From: Candidatus Thorarchaeota archaeon
GTDB lineage: Archaea; Asgardarchaeota; Thorarchaeia; Thorarchaeales; Thorarchaeaceae
NCBI GenBank assembly: GCA_048884965.1
Contig: JBHLQH010000009.1
Coordinates: 66,496 to 130,495, forward strand
Length of the DNA stretch: 64,000 nt
Direction: 5' to 3'
The number at the start of each line of letters is the position of its first letter. The first letter of the stretch is position 1. The notes beneath the pieces are model-generated. The model saw nothing but the letters and a program-made list of their open reading frames with translations. It was not told where the DNA came from and did not search any database. A program made the translations under genes and the position numbers. This document shows positions 10,429 through 19,634 of this stretch, piece after piece.

Positions 10429-11751
10429 ATGCTGACCCAGAGAGGCTTTGTTGTGGTGTTTGCAGGGGTCCTATTCCTTACCAGTGGATTCTCTTTCGCT
10501 AATTTCTATCTGACACTACTAGGCGTCTATCTCATCATAGGTCTCGTGGTAACACTGCCCCTTTTCGCAATGACCGCTAATCTCTCTGGGATAGAGGTTG
10601 ACCGACAAATTGACAAGGTCAAGGTGTTCTCAGGGGATTTTCTACGTGTCAAGGTGACGATTAAGAATAGCTCCAAACGTCATTTCGATTTCATTGAAGT
10701 CCATGATCAGTATCCCGAACTATGGATATTAGCAATAGGTGCCAATTTCATTGCATCACGGATACAACCTGGTGGTAGTATCACCTTCTCATACATACTT
10801 CAAGTGCGGATGCGAGGAAGATATTATCTTGGACCTACTGAAGTCATCATGCGTGATAGACTTGGTCTCCACTATTACAAAAGGATTCTAAAGGAACAGA
10901 CTGAGGTTCTTGTTTATCCAACATGGAAAGATGTCAGACGTCTTGAGGCACTTGGGAAACAGCGACAACTCGGGCTGATGTTTGGCGCTCACCGAACCAA
11001 GGTCGTTGGCATGGGCACTGATTTTACTGGTTTCCGAGAATATCAAACTGGAGATTCATTCCGTAATATTGACTGGAAGACAAGTGCCAAACGTGGTGAT
11101 TTGGTCATAAGGCAATATGAGATGGAAAAGAACATACAGATCATGTGCATGGTCGACACGAGCGGTTCCATGGGTAATGGATATCCCGAGAACACAAAGC
11201 TAGAATATGCTATTCGTGCAGCTGTTCTTCTAACACATATGGGTCTTGAGAGAAAAGATCTCGTTGGCACGTGCATCTTTAGTGATGTTGTACATTCTTT
11301 TGTTCCACCTTCTACTCGTCCCAATCACATGTACAACGTACTTGAAGCACTGGCAATGGCTGAGCCTAAGGGCTGGAGCGATTATGAAACTGCCATTTCC
11401 TACGTAACTCAGCATGTAAAGAAGCGAACCTATGTCATATGGCTAACTGACCTAGAGGAATCTCCTGCACCTCTATTGAATGCAATGAAGTCTGTTGTTG
11501 CCAACGGACATCGAGCCACAATCATCAGTCCCTTTGGTCCATGGTTCGAAGCACCAGTTGGACAACTAGGTGCAGTCGAGAAGGTATTGGCTGAGGCAGT
11601 ATCTGAAGAACTGTGGGAACGAAGGCAGAAGATTACTCGAGCTCTCGCAAGGTTTGGAATCACTGTTGTAAATGTCGGTCCCGAGGACTTCTTGCCTATG
11701 ATTATCCGACAGTATGAAGAAGCAAAGCAAAAAGGAGTGGCGATGTTTTGA
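10429..11751 (+). CDS. DUF58 (vWA-like) membrane protein
   Basis: N-terminal TMs; G.DF...REY..GD..R.IDWK.SA; MIDAS-like DTSGSM. Confidence 0.92.
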   Translation: MLTQRGFVVVFAGVLFLTSGFSFANFYLTLLGVYLIIGLVVTLPLFAMTANLSGIEVDRQIDKVKVFSGDFLRVKVTIKNSSKRHFDFIEVHDQYPELWILAIGANFIASRIQPGGSITFSYILQVRMRGRYYLGPTEVIMRDRLGLHYYKRILKEQTEVLVYPTWKDVRRLEALGKQRQLGLMFGAHRTKVVGMGTDFTGFREYQTGDSFRNIDWKTSAKRGDLVIRQYEMEKNIQIMCMVDTSGSMGNGYPENTKLEYAIRAAVLLTHMGLERKDLVGTCIFSDVVHSFVPPSTRPNHMYNVLEALAMAEPKGWSDYETAISYVTQHVKKRTYVIWLTDLEESPAPLLNAMKSVVANGHRATIISPFGPWFEAPVGQLGAVEKVLAEAVSEELWERRQKITRALARFGITVVNVGPEDFLPMIIRQYEEAKQKGVAMF

Positions 11752-13157
11752 AACCAGTTACAGTCGTTCTACAGATACTCTCCATTGTGCTGTTCTTTCT
11801 AATGTGTTTGAATGTCTATTTAGCACTTGAAGGGTACTGGAACTGGAATGCTCCTTATGTGTTCATTGTAACAGTATTTCGACTCATATCCCTCATCCTG
11901 TTCTTCGTTGGTTCGATGGTCATCGCAGGACTCGTCGCTCCGTTCACAGGCTTTACTCCCAGTGAAGCTCTGGTTGGTCTTTACAACACTCAATTATTGC
12001 GAATGTGGTATATGCAACCCTATGGAGTTTCAGGGCCCTTTACGTCAATTCGGGATGTCTTTTCGTCCGTCACAGGAAATTTTGGACAACTGTGGACTAT
12101 ACTATCTCAGTATAGCTTCAACTTCATGTTCTTCCTAGCTGCTGCCTTGGGAATCGTTTTCTTCCTTCAATCTCTTTTCCGCTTTGACCACAAATTTGTA
12201 GGTGGGGCATTCATATCGATTCAATCTGTGTTGGTGATTGCTGCTGTTCGTGCAACTGTTTTTCCCCTACTACCTGTAATCCCAATACCTGAATTTGCAT
12301 CAGGATCAATCCCGCCTGATTTCTTCGAGTACCTTTTCGATAACGCTCAGATAATAGCTCTAATTTCATTTGCTTACCTTGAGATTAGCTACCAAATGAT
12401 ATACAGCCATTCAGTAGGCAAACCTGTGGAAGAACGAGAGGACACCTTGAAGAAGCAGCTATTAGCACTTCGTCAAGTCACACGAAAGAAGGAAGCCATC
12501 GAGAAGGGTGAAAAGATCAGCACGACTGCTATGAGTCGGTCATCCGGTGCCACTGCTTTCTCATTCTTGCGAGAAGCAATCGAACGAAGGGTGTTCGGTG
12601 AGAGTGAGGTGGTCGAAAGTCTGGATGCGATTGCGGATGTAAGACGTCTTCAGATATTTGTCGACGAGCTCTTGTCCACTGATCCAAATGCGAGGGACGA
12701 ATTGACAGCCAAAGCAGCTGCGCCCTCTTCTGCATATATCATCTCATCGACCATTTCTGGATCTATTATCCGTTTCCTCGGCGTCATAACGATCGCCTTC
12801 CTATTTGTGAATCCACTGATTTTCACAACTCTCTTCAGTCTACCCCCTGGGATCCAAAATAGTGTCGAGCTCGAGCAACCTGAACTGGTGATTCTATTTC
12901 TTCTACCAATTCTTCTCGTCTTTGTACTGGTAGCTATGATAATTGGCTGGGCTACCGCACGAGAGGTGGAAGAGAAACCTGCGATGTCCAAGGAGGAGAA
13001 GGAAGCAGAAAATACCAGAAAGACCGAGCTAAAGAAGAAACGAGCCGATGCCAAGAAAGCTAGGAAAGAGCGAGAGATGGCAAGAAAGAAACGGAAGGAC
13101 TCTTCTGAGCCTGTTGACGAATGGGATCGGGCATTAGAAGAAACATACAAGACGTAA
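11748..13157 (+). CDS. Multi-pass membrane protein of unknown function with charged C-terminal coiled-coil tail
   Basis: Several hydrophobic segments and a Lys/Glu/Arg-rich C terminus. Overlaps the DUF58 stop and abuts the next start. Confidence 0.75.
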   Translation: MKPVTVVLQILSIVLFFLMCLNVYLALEGYWNWNAPYVFIVTVFRLISLILFFVGSMVIAGLVAPFTGFTPSEALVGLYNTQLLRMWYMQPYGVSGPFTSIRDVFSSVTGNFGQLWTILSQYSFNFMFFLAAALGIVFFLQSLFRFDHKFVGGAFISIQSVLVIAAVRATVFPLLPVIPIPEFASGSIPPDFFEYLFDNAQIIALISFAYLEISYQMIYSHSVGKPVEEREDTLKKQLLALRQVTRKKEAIEKGEKISTTAMSRSSGATAFSFLREAIERRVFGESEVVESLDAIADVRRLQIFVDELLSTDPNARDELTAKAAAPSSAYIISSTISGSIIRFLGVITIAFLFVNPLIFTTLFSLPPGIQNSVELEQPELVILFLLPILLVFVLVAMIIGWATAREVEEKPAMSKEEKEAENTRKTELKKKRADAKKARKEREMARKKRKDSSEPVDEWDRALEETYKT

Positions 13158-14147
13158 ATGAGGCAATATCCAATGGACTCTGTCGTGCTCTCACATGGAG
13201 ATGTTGATGGAATTACTTCTGGTGCCATCGGACTGTTGAAGTTCCCTGGATCATCCTTCTATTTCTCGCGTCCTTCACAAATACACTCAGATCTGTACCG
13301 GATTGCGAAGGACCGACCGAAGACAGTTAGTGTGAGTGATATCGCTATCAACGAGTTGAGATTCGAACATATTCTAAGAGCATTGGATCGATTTCCTGAA
13401 ACTACCGAGATTTACTGGACTGACCACCACCCTCTCAGCAAAAAGCAGAGGGATCAGTTGCAGAAGAAAGTCCATTTGTTTCATGAGGTGGGCGCATCTG
13501 CAGCTGAGCTGATGTATCGTAGATTTAGTGATGACTTACCAGAGCATGGCCTTAGGCTTGCCCTTTATGGTGCGATTGGAGATTATTGTGACGCCACGTC
13601 CTTCGCAACTCATCAGTTCGAGAACTACGACAAGAGAACGCTGTATCTGGAAGCTGGACTATTGGTACAAGCTTTGCAAGAGATTGACTATCAAAGAGAA
13701 TCAATGGATTTGGTACATGAACTCACTCTAGGTATTGAACCAAGTGCAATGAACAATATAGTCACCCTCGCGATGAAGGCTACTCGAGTCGAGAGAGAAG
13801 TCTTCCGGTATATAGGACACAATGCTAGGAAGCTAGGACCCATAGGATATATTCTTGATATGCCAATAAGCGGTTATCGCGGAAAATCTGCAAAGTTTGC
13901 TGCTTATTTGACTGACTCGAATATAGGAATAAGCGCGAAATCCTCTGAAGATGAGGTCGATATGAGTATTAGACGAAGAGGAAAGAAAATAGACCTGAAT
14001 AAGGCATTGAATTCCATTCTCCCTGAGCTTACAGATGCGCATGGCGGAGGTCATCCTGCTGCAGCTGGAGCTACTTTGAATAAGAGCGAGTTTCCGAAAT
14101 TCCTCGACTATCTAGCCGAGTACGTAGATAGCAACATTAGCCCATGA
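13158..14147 (+). CDS. DHH/DHHA1 family phosphoesterase (RecJ/NrnA-like)
   Basis: HGDVDG, VSD, TDHH, AIGD and GGGHPAAAG motifs. Confidence 0.9.
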   Translation: MRQYPMDSVVLSHGDVDGITSGAIGLLKFPGSSFYFSRPSQIHSDLYRIAKDRPKTVSVSDIAINELRFEHILRALDRFPETTEIYWTDHHPLSKKQRDQLQKKVHLFHEVGASAAELMYRRFSDDLPEHGLRLALYGAIGDYCDATSFATHQFENYDKRTLYLEAGLLVQALQEIDYQRESMDLVHELTLGIEPSAMNNIVTLAMKATRVEREVFRYIGHNARKLGPIGYILDMPISGYRGKSAKFAAYLTDSNIGISAKSSEDEVDMSIRRRGKKIDLNKALNSILPELTDAHGGGHPAAAGATLNKSEFPKFLDYLAEYVDSNISP

Positions 14148-16653
14148 ACATTAGAAGCGCGTTATACAAGACCCAAATCACCGTAACAATTGCCTCTCCT
14201 GCTATCACGCCACTAAGGATTTTGACCCATTTTCTGTATTTCGGCGTTTCAGTTGGATCTGGAGCCTTCTCTGCAATACCTTCCTTCTTCAATCTGTAAT
14301 CCATATACCCTCCAAAGAGCATCGCAATGGTGGTGGCAGGTGGTACAAGAATCCCCACTGCAAGACTAATTGGACTCAGATTCCTTTTGCTCAGCTCTCT
14401 TCCTGCAAGGAATCCAATTATCCCGAATATCAGCAGATACGTGAAGGACAGTAAGGGGTGAACATCAGGAAAAGTATCCAATCCGGGTAACTGGAAGTTG
14501 CTCAGTCCAGTCAAGCTTACGACAAGAAAGCCAAAAAGTTGTGCCGCAGGTGCCGGGAACTCAGTCCCTCCAAATCCATATGTCGAATAAAGCATGAACG
14601 TGATTAGAGACCCTACAAAAGTACCAAGAAGTGCGCCTACAAAGACCCCTTTTGCGATATCTCTTCCACGCACTCCCGTGAGCGTACCTAGTTTGAGATG
14701 CACTAGAAGGGCAATCGCGGAATCTTGGAGAGCTCCCAGCATGGCCATGAACGTCGTTATCGCTGCAAAGGATATACGAAACAGTAGTATAGCTGGTATC
14801 GATATCATGTCCGAGATGTATCCCGCTAGCATCCCTGTTTCGCTGATTGAACGAGCCGTGAAGTATGCCGAAAGCATTGTGATTGGAGAACCTAGGACAA
14901 AGAGTAGTATTGGAACTTCAATCCCTGCGAAGGGGCGGATTACGCCGAAGATGAGCGTACCAATTAGGATGAACAGAGCCATCGAAATTCCAGCGACCCA
15001 TATTGGAACGTGTCCCCTTGTCGAAAGAAGATAACCCCGTGGGTCTCGTACCATAAAGCGGATTTCTTCCTTGAAGACCTCGAGGGACAGTATCTCCTCT
15101 TGCACCCTAAGCAACTTGGGAGATTTCTCACCTTCACTCATGATGTCATCGGTGGTACTAGCCTTCTCCTCTTCTGACTGCTCATCTTGTGTTTCATCAT
15201 CCTTTTCTTTGCCAGAGAATATATCCCCAACAATCACTGTGATGAATATGCCAATAGCCAAATACAGGATTTCTGGACGAGTTAGATGGTCTGCATATTC
15301 CATTGGAAGGGCCCTTTCGAGTACAATCCAGAAGAAGATCGATACTACACTTCCTATGAACATGGTCAGGACCCGCTTCCATCCTACAAAGAATCCGATC
15401 GCACCCATCAATGGTGAGTTCGTTACACCAATCCAATCCGGAACAGCAGGTGTAAAGGCATGAGGTATCGATGACAATCGCAATCCATCATTTGCAGCTT
15501 CGATAGCTTTCATACTCCCTACATATGCTGCAGAAACCGTCAGTCCCTTCATCACTGTTCTCTTCGATTCAGAATCTGCTCCCAAGGAATTGATGGTTTC
15601 AGCCTGAGGTCGCACTTGTGGCCATGGATCATCCTCAAAGTTCTTTCTGAAAGGAGCTAGTAGAAGCAACCCGAATATGGCACTAAGGCCAGTTACAATT
15701 GCAATGAATTCAAACGTGATAATGGTAGAAACGTCAAGCCAGGGCATCTGAGTGGGACCAAAGATGGCGATTGCTGGGAATGTAATCAGCACTCCAACTG
15801 AAACCATGGATGAAGTGTTTGCGATAGCAACAGAGATGGTGTTCTCCTCTGGAGTATATCGACCATTTAGGCTCAAGAGTAAGAATCCCAGAAGCTCAGC
15901 CCCAACAAAATATACGATACCAAGCTTTAGAGCCAGATAGATTCCAAGGAAGGTCATTACGACGCCGACAATGATTCCTGTTCCTACTGCTCTTTTAGTA
16001 AGCGGAAATTTCGGTTCGCTCATCAATCCTGCGTAGATCGTCATCCCTGCTGCTGCCATCACGACAACTTCTGAGAAATCTCCAAAGAGAAATGAGAACA
16101 AGAGGTACGCAAAGATAGCTACTGAAAACAACCCAAGCCCCTTCTTGTCTAGTGCACCTTGAGTAATCGAGCCAACCAAGAGAAGGAACTCAAGTATAAT
16201 TGCTACTATTGTTCCATAGCTGGCTCCTTCTGTACTTGTAGCAAATACTGCATAGAAGAATCCTGCTGCATATATCCCGACTAGGAACAATCTAGTAGAG
16301 CTCAGTTTTGAAGCCAAAGGCTTGACAAAAATGGATTCTGTCATCTCTCCACTCAGAGTAATGAAAATGGCGAATCCAATAGATGCCATCACAACATAGA
16401 ATGAGAAGATTTCCAACAGCAATGAGATTCCGATATAGCCTGTGACTGCAACAATCGAGAAGATGACCTCGTTTCGACTCAGTGTTATCCGTGAGATTGA
16501 GCAGGCGAGGAGTAAGCCTTCTATTACAAAGGCTCCAATCATGCCAAAGTCTGGACTAATATCTGCCATTCCAATAAGAGCGATGAGCAACCCTGTTGCA
16601 AAAGTAAGGACCATCAATAATCGAGTGGCATCGAACCTATCCATCATTTGCAC
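14137..16653 (-). CDS. OPT/YSL-family oligopeptide transporter with extra N-terminal membrane domain
   Basis: LTKRAV..G, YLALKLG, EENTI, LKLG.L.G, FPAPAAQ and LSG.IAGEA match the OPT pattern; about 210 extra hydrophobic N-terminal residues. Confidence 0.82.
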   Translation of the reverse strand: MQMMDRFDATRLLMVLTFATGLLIALIGMADISPDFGMIGAFVIEGLLLACSISRITLSRNEVIFSIVAVTGYIGISLLLEIFSFYVVMASIGFAIFITLSGEMTESIFVKPLASKLSSTRLFLVGIYAAGFFYAVFATSTEGASYGTIVAIILEFLLLVGSITQGALDKKGLGLFSVAIFAYLLFSFLFGDFSEVVVMAAAGMTIYAGLMSEPKFPLTKRAVGTGIIVGVVMTFLGIYLALKLGIVYFVGAELLGFLLLSLNGRYTPEENTISVAIANTSSMVSVGVLITFPAIAIFGPTQMPWLDVSTIITFEFIAIVTGLSAIFGLLLLAPFRKNFEDDPWPQVRPQAETINSLGADSESKRTVMKGLTVSAAYVGSMKAIEAANDGLRLSSIPHAFTPAVPDWIGVTNSPLMGAIGFFVGWKRVLTMFIGSVVSIFFWIVLERALPMEYADHLTRPEILYLAIGIFITVIVGDIFSGKEKDDETQDEQSEEEKASTTDDIMSEGEKSPKLLRVQEEILSLEVFKEEIRFMVRDPRGYLLSTRGHVPIWVAGISMALFILIGTLIFGVIRPFAGIEVPILLFVLGSPITMLSAYFTARSISETGMLAGYISDMISIPAILLFRISFAAITTFMAMLGALQDSAIALLVHLKLGTLTGVRGRDIAKGVFVGALLGTFVGSLITFMLYSTYGFGGTEFPAPAAQLFGFLVVSLTGLSNFQLPGLDTFPDVHPLLSFTYLLIFGIIGFLAGRELSKRNLSPISLAVGILVPPATTIAMLFGGYMDYRLKKEGIAEKAPDPTETPKYRKWVKILSGVIAGEAIVTVIWVLYNALLMFMG

Positions 16654-16741
16654 CGTCAGCTAGTAGTCAGGCATCGCAGAAGCAAACATTATTGGTCGGA
16701 GTTGTTTCCTTGAAGGCTATCGTGAGAGCATGGTCCAATAT

Positions 16742-17050
16742 TTAGCCATTGTGTAATTTGGAGAGCCTCTCGAGCAGTTCCTTTTGGGAGATATGTTGAA
16801 GAATGAGGGTCTTTTTTTTCGCCTTGTGACCAGCTGCTATCACAATATCCAAAGATGATAAATCAAGGGACTTTGATAGCCGTTTGATCAGCTCAGTATT
16901 GGCCTTTCCATCTCTTGCAGGGCTGCTTAGGTTCAAGACGATCTCACTATCATCTAGAGTATGAACAAGCTCTCGTTCTTTTGAACCGGGTCGCACTACC
17001 ACAACAAGGAATGTTCCTTTCTCACTTTCCCATATCCATTCTTCAGTCAT
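16742..17050 (-). CDS. DUF167 (YggU/UPF0235) protein
   Basis: V.VRPGSK, PARDGKANTELI..LSK.L, GHK.K.K. Confidence 0.88.
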   Translation of the reverse strand: MTEEWIWESEKGTFLVVVVRPGSKERELVHTLDDSEIVLNLSSPARDGKANTELIKRLSKSLDLSSLDIVIAAGHKAKKKTLILQHISQKELLERLSKLHNG

Positions 17051-17166
17051 ACATGTAATGATTGAAACGCCGAACTTAAAGGTGTTTCATCAAGGATTCT
17101 TTTTTATGGACTTCCTGCGGCGTAATGTGTAGAAACCGTGTTAATTTTACCACGGGGTGAAGAAAG

Positions 17167-17547
17167 ATGTCCGATCCTGTTATGGATGCATATACACAAG
17201 CGTATAATACGTCAGGTCAGATGGTCCAAGCCTTTGGTGTCATAAAAGGCGACGGCTCTGTTCTCTGGCAAAGTAACAACTGGAGTCTAGAAGCTGATGC
17301 TAAGAGCCTAGTTGCAGCTGTAAATAATAGGGCTGCAAGCGTCACTCAGAACCAGGTGAAATACAGCACGATGCGTACAAGCCCAGAAAGCCTTGTTGCC
17401 CGCAGTATTCAAGGCAATGGAATCTTGATTCTTGCAAGGATCGAAGGTGACAAATGGGTCGTCGCGTGGGCGTCCCCGGATGCTGCTCCGGACGGCGTCT
17501 ATGTTGATGTTGACCGTGCTGCAAAATCCCTTAAGGGAAGAATCTAG
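17167..17547 (+). CDS. Profilin (Asgard type), actin-monomer binding protein
   Basis: 126 aa. AFGVI..DGSVLWQSNNW, VKYS, LVA.S..G.G.L, VAW.SPD and YVDVDRAAK follow the pattern of Asgard profilins. SD-like GGGGTGA upstream. Confidence 0.85.
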   Translation: MSDPVMDAYTQAYNTSGQMVQAFGVIKGDGSVLWQSNNWSLEADAKSLVAAVNNRAASVTQNQVKYSTMRTSPESLVARSIQGNGILILARIEGDKWVVAWASPDAAPDGVYVDVDRAAKSLKGRI

Positions 17548-17557
17548 TTCTACGTAT

Positions 17558-17575
17558 GGGGGAACCACTTCCCCC
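17558..17575 (+). terminator. Intergenic stem-loop between the two profilin genes
   Basis: GGGGGAA-CCAC-TTCCCCC perfect 7-bp stem; no strong U tract. Confidence 0.5.
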
Positions 17576-17616
17576 TGAACTTGATTTGAAATTCAAATCT
17601 GAGGTGTGATGATTCT

Positions 17617-17976
17617 CTGTCACTAGATGATATTTGGACGCATCTTTATTCTCATAATAACAAGATTCAGGCCTTTGCAGTGATTAGCGCAGGCAAGATT
17701 GTCTGGCAGACAGACAATTGGAATCTCGTGGACTCTGTTTCATCATTGCTTGAAGGTGTGACAAAACGAGCAGGGACCATCGAAGTATCGAATATTCCCT
17801 ACCAGATCGGTGAAGCGACTGGTGATTCGCTTATCGCAACATCAACAGAGGGGAAAGGTCATGTTCTCATGGCTAAGACAAAGAATGATGCTTGGTTTGT
17901 CGCATGGGCGACGCCAGACTCTATTTCAGACCTCACCATTATCGATCTCAAGTATGCTGCATCCAAGGTGAGGTAG
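17617..17976 (+). CDS. Second, divergent profilin paralog (probable CTG start)
   Basis: The frame is open from 17590. The extension LSLDDIWTHLYSHNNKIQAFAVI aligns with profilin 1. GAGGTG (17601-17606) precedes the CTG at 17617, giving 119 aa. The ORF track starts it at the GTG at 17680. Confidence 0.75.
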   Translation: MSLDDIWTHLYSHNNKIQAFAVISAGKIVWQTDNWNLVDSVSSLLEGVTKRAGTIEVSNIPYQIGEATGDSLIATSTEGKGHVLMAKTKNDAWFVAWATPDSISDLTIIDLKYAASKVR

Positions 17977-18105
17977 CAATCAACACGTTCGTTTTCAAAC
18001 GATTGTTTTCGTCGTTTGCATGAATTGGAGCTTCCACACCTTTATAGCGCACACAAAGAATAAGAGTACGGTTGTATAAGAATCCATAAGGAGAGGAAGC
18101 TACCA

Positions 18106-18339
18106 TTGACAGTTACAGCGTTCATTCTGCTTACGGTTGAGATGGCATCTCAGCGAGAGATATTAAACACTATACGTGCTCTTGATGAGGTATCTGAGGC
18201 TCATCTTATCTTTGGAGCATTTGATATTATAGTGAAGGCTGAGTTTGGAAATAACGAGGAACTAAGTGTGTTCGTCGTGGATAAAATCAAATCGATACCA
18301 GGTGTTGGCGACACCCAAACGAACATTGCCGCTGTATAG
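18106..18339 (+). CDS. Stand-alone Lrp/AsnC ligand-binding (RAM) domain protein
   Basis: TAFILL.V, V.EAH.IFG.FDIIVK, I..IPGV.DTQT; GGAGAGG SD before a TTG start. Confidence 0.88.
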   Translation: MTVTAFILLTVEMASQREILNTIRALDEVSEAHLIFGAFDIIVKAEFGNNEELSVFVVDKIKSIPGVGDTQTNIAAV

Positions 18340-18411
18340 GACAGGAAGCAGGTTCCCGTCCACACACAGGCATACAGTTTATGGTGATTGCAACAGATTG
18401 TCTTTCGTTGG

Positions 18412-19146
18412 TTATTTGAATAGGAGATCTCGAATCTTCTTATGAATCTCAATGTATTCCTCATTTCCTAAGGCATACATCTGCAAGAGAAACTCGTACA
18501 TGTCCAGAACATCCTTGTCTGCAACATCGCTACGAATCAGTTTCACAATCTCTTTCCGTGCTGCAAGCTCGATTTTCAAGGCATCAAACCTAAGGTTCTC
18601 GAACCTCTTCTGTTCCTCCTCAGTTATATTGATCTTGAAATGCTGCATCATCTTCTGAGTGACTTTCTCGTTCTTCTTCCTGAGCATCTTCTCATCAGCG
18701 GCACTCAACACTCCTGTGATTAGGACAAAGCCTCCTGCTGTTCGTCTATAGTAATCTGTGGTTCTCTTTCCTGTGGTGACTGTGCCCAGCTTTATCACAT
18801 ACCCCATTTCAATGAGCTTTGGTAAGTGATGATAGACCTGATTCTTGGTCACATTCTCGACATACTCGATGTCTTCTGACATCTTGACAATCTCTACAAC
18901 TGACAGAGCTTTCCTTGTGACCTCACGTTGACGAATGATTGTATCGCCGGTTTCAGGATCCTTCGTCTTGGTGGTCTTTGTATCTTCAACTCCTTTTCTC
19001 AATACTTGAAGGATGGCTAGACGTACGCTATCATCGAGCTCCTTCGCTCGGTCTATATCATATACGAATTCAATATCAGGTACTGCTTTCTTGGCCTCAG
19101 GAGTCAATTCAATGCCTTCCAAGGTGTCGGTTATATCATCGTCCAT
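18412..19146 (-). CDS. Winged helix-turn-helix (ArsR-like) transcriptional regulator
   Basis: L.D.VRL.IL..L, an insertion, then LSV.EI, T.NQVYHHL.KL...G.V and YYRRTA. Confidence 0.8.
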   Translation of the reverse strand: MDDDITDTLEGIELTPEAKKAVPDIEFVYDIDRAKELDDSVRLAILQVLRKGVEDTKTTKTKDPETGDTIIRQREVTRKALSVVEIVKMSEDIEYVENVTKNQVYHHLPKLIEMGYVIKLGTVTTGKRTTDYYRRTAGGFVLITGVLSAADEKMLRKKNEKVTQKMMQHFKINITEEEQKRFENLRFDALKIELAARKEIVKLIRSDVADKDVLDMYEFLLQMYALGNEEYIEIHKKIRDLLFK

Positions 19147-19256
19147 TCTATCACCATTTCAAGTGCTTTATCTCACTATTATCTATAATTGGATGGTATA
19201 TTAAAGTTTTGTTAGATGAACCGTTTTAGGCACGAATGAAAATTACATAATAGTTT

Positions 19257-19297
19257 GGTATACAAACCTTTATATGGAAATGTTGTGGTGTATAAAC
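19257..19297 (+). promoter_or_regulatory. Promoter of micropeptide operon: TATA box flanked by direct repeats
   Basis: TTTATAT at 19269-19275 lies between GGTATACAAAC (19257-19267) and GGTGTATAAAC (19287-19297). Confidence 0.55.
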
Positions 19298-19308
19298 TGT
19301 GAACAATC

Positions 19309-19416
19309 ATGGCGTTAGAAAGCAACTCACGAACCGAATCTGGAACAAAGAACAAGAAGATCGCACAGTCAATCTCGACTGCAGCTATCCGATACGCATA
19401 CGCTTACAGGAGGTAA
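19309..19416 (+). CDS. Micropeptide 1 (35 aa) MALESNSRTESGTKNKKIAQSISTAAIRYAYAYRR
   Basis: Manually translated; ATG about 34 nt after the TATA box; paralogous to the next ORF. Confidence 0.7.
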   Translation: MALESNSRTESGTKNKKIAQSISTAAIRYAYAYRR

Positions 19417-19422
19417 GAAACG

Positions 19423-19509
19423 ATGGCACTTGTTAAGAAGCAAAGCATGAAGCCAAGGAATACGATTTCAACTCAAGCAATACGCTTTTCCTACATCTAT
19501 AATAGGTGA
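19423..19509 (+). CDS. Micropeptide 2 (28 aa) MALVKKQSMKPRNTISTQAIRFSYIYNR
   Basis: Strong SD AGGAGGT (19408-19414); shares MAL...IST.AIR[YF].Y.Y.R with peptide 1. Confidence 0.72.
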   Translation: MALVKKQSMKPRNTISTQAIRFSYIYNR

Positions 19510-19514
19510 TTCAA

Positions 19515-19634
19515 ATGACTCGCGAATCAAGATCCCTGAGCTCAAATGAGCGATTTAACGCAGCATACACCATTGATAAGATTCGCCGGCAAGAAATCAC
19601 GACCAAAGATGTTCTTGAACTAGAGGCGACCTAG
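19515..19634 (+). CDS. Micropeptide 3 (39 aa) MTRESRSLSSNERFNAAYTIDKIRRQEITTKDVLELEAT
   Basis: SD AGGTGA overlaps the previous stop; the ORF ends inside the terminator hairpin. Confidence 0.65.
   Translation: MTRESRSLSSNERFNAAYTIDKIRRQEITTKDVLELEAT

Noticed and set aside
12650-13228. 192-aa antisense ORF and the many other short overlapping ORFs in the track
   Set aside because: They are antisense or alternate-frame shadows of well-supported genes.
19390-19509. Proteasome-gating HbYX motif at the micropeptide C termini
   Set aside because: Tyr is third from last (YRR, YNR), not penultimate, and the terminal Arg codons double as SD sequences.
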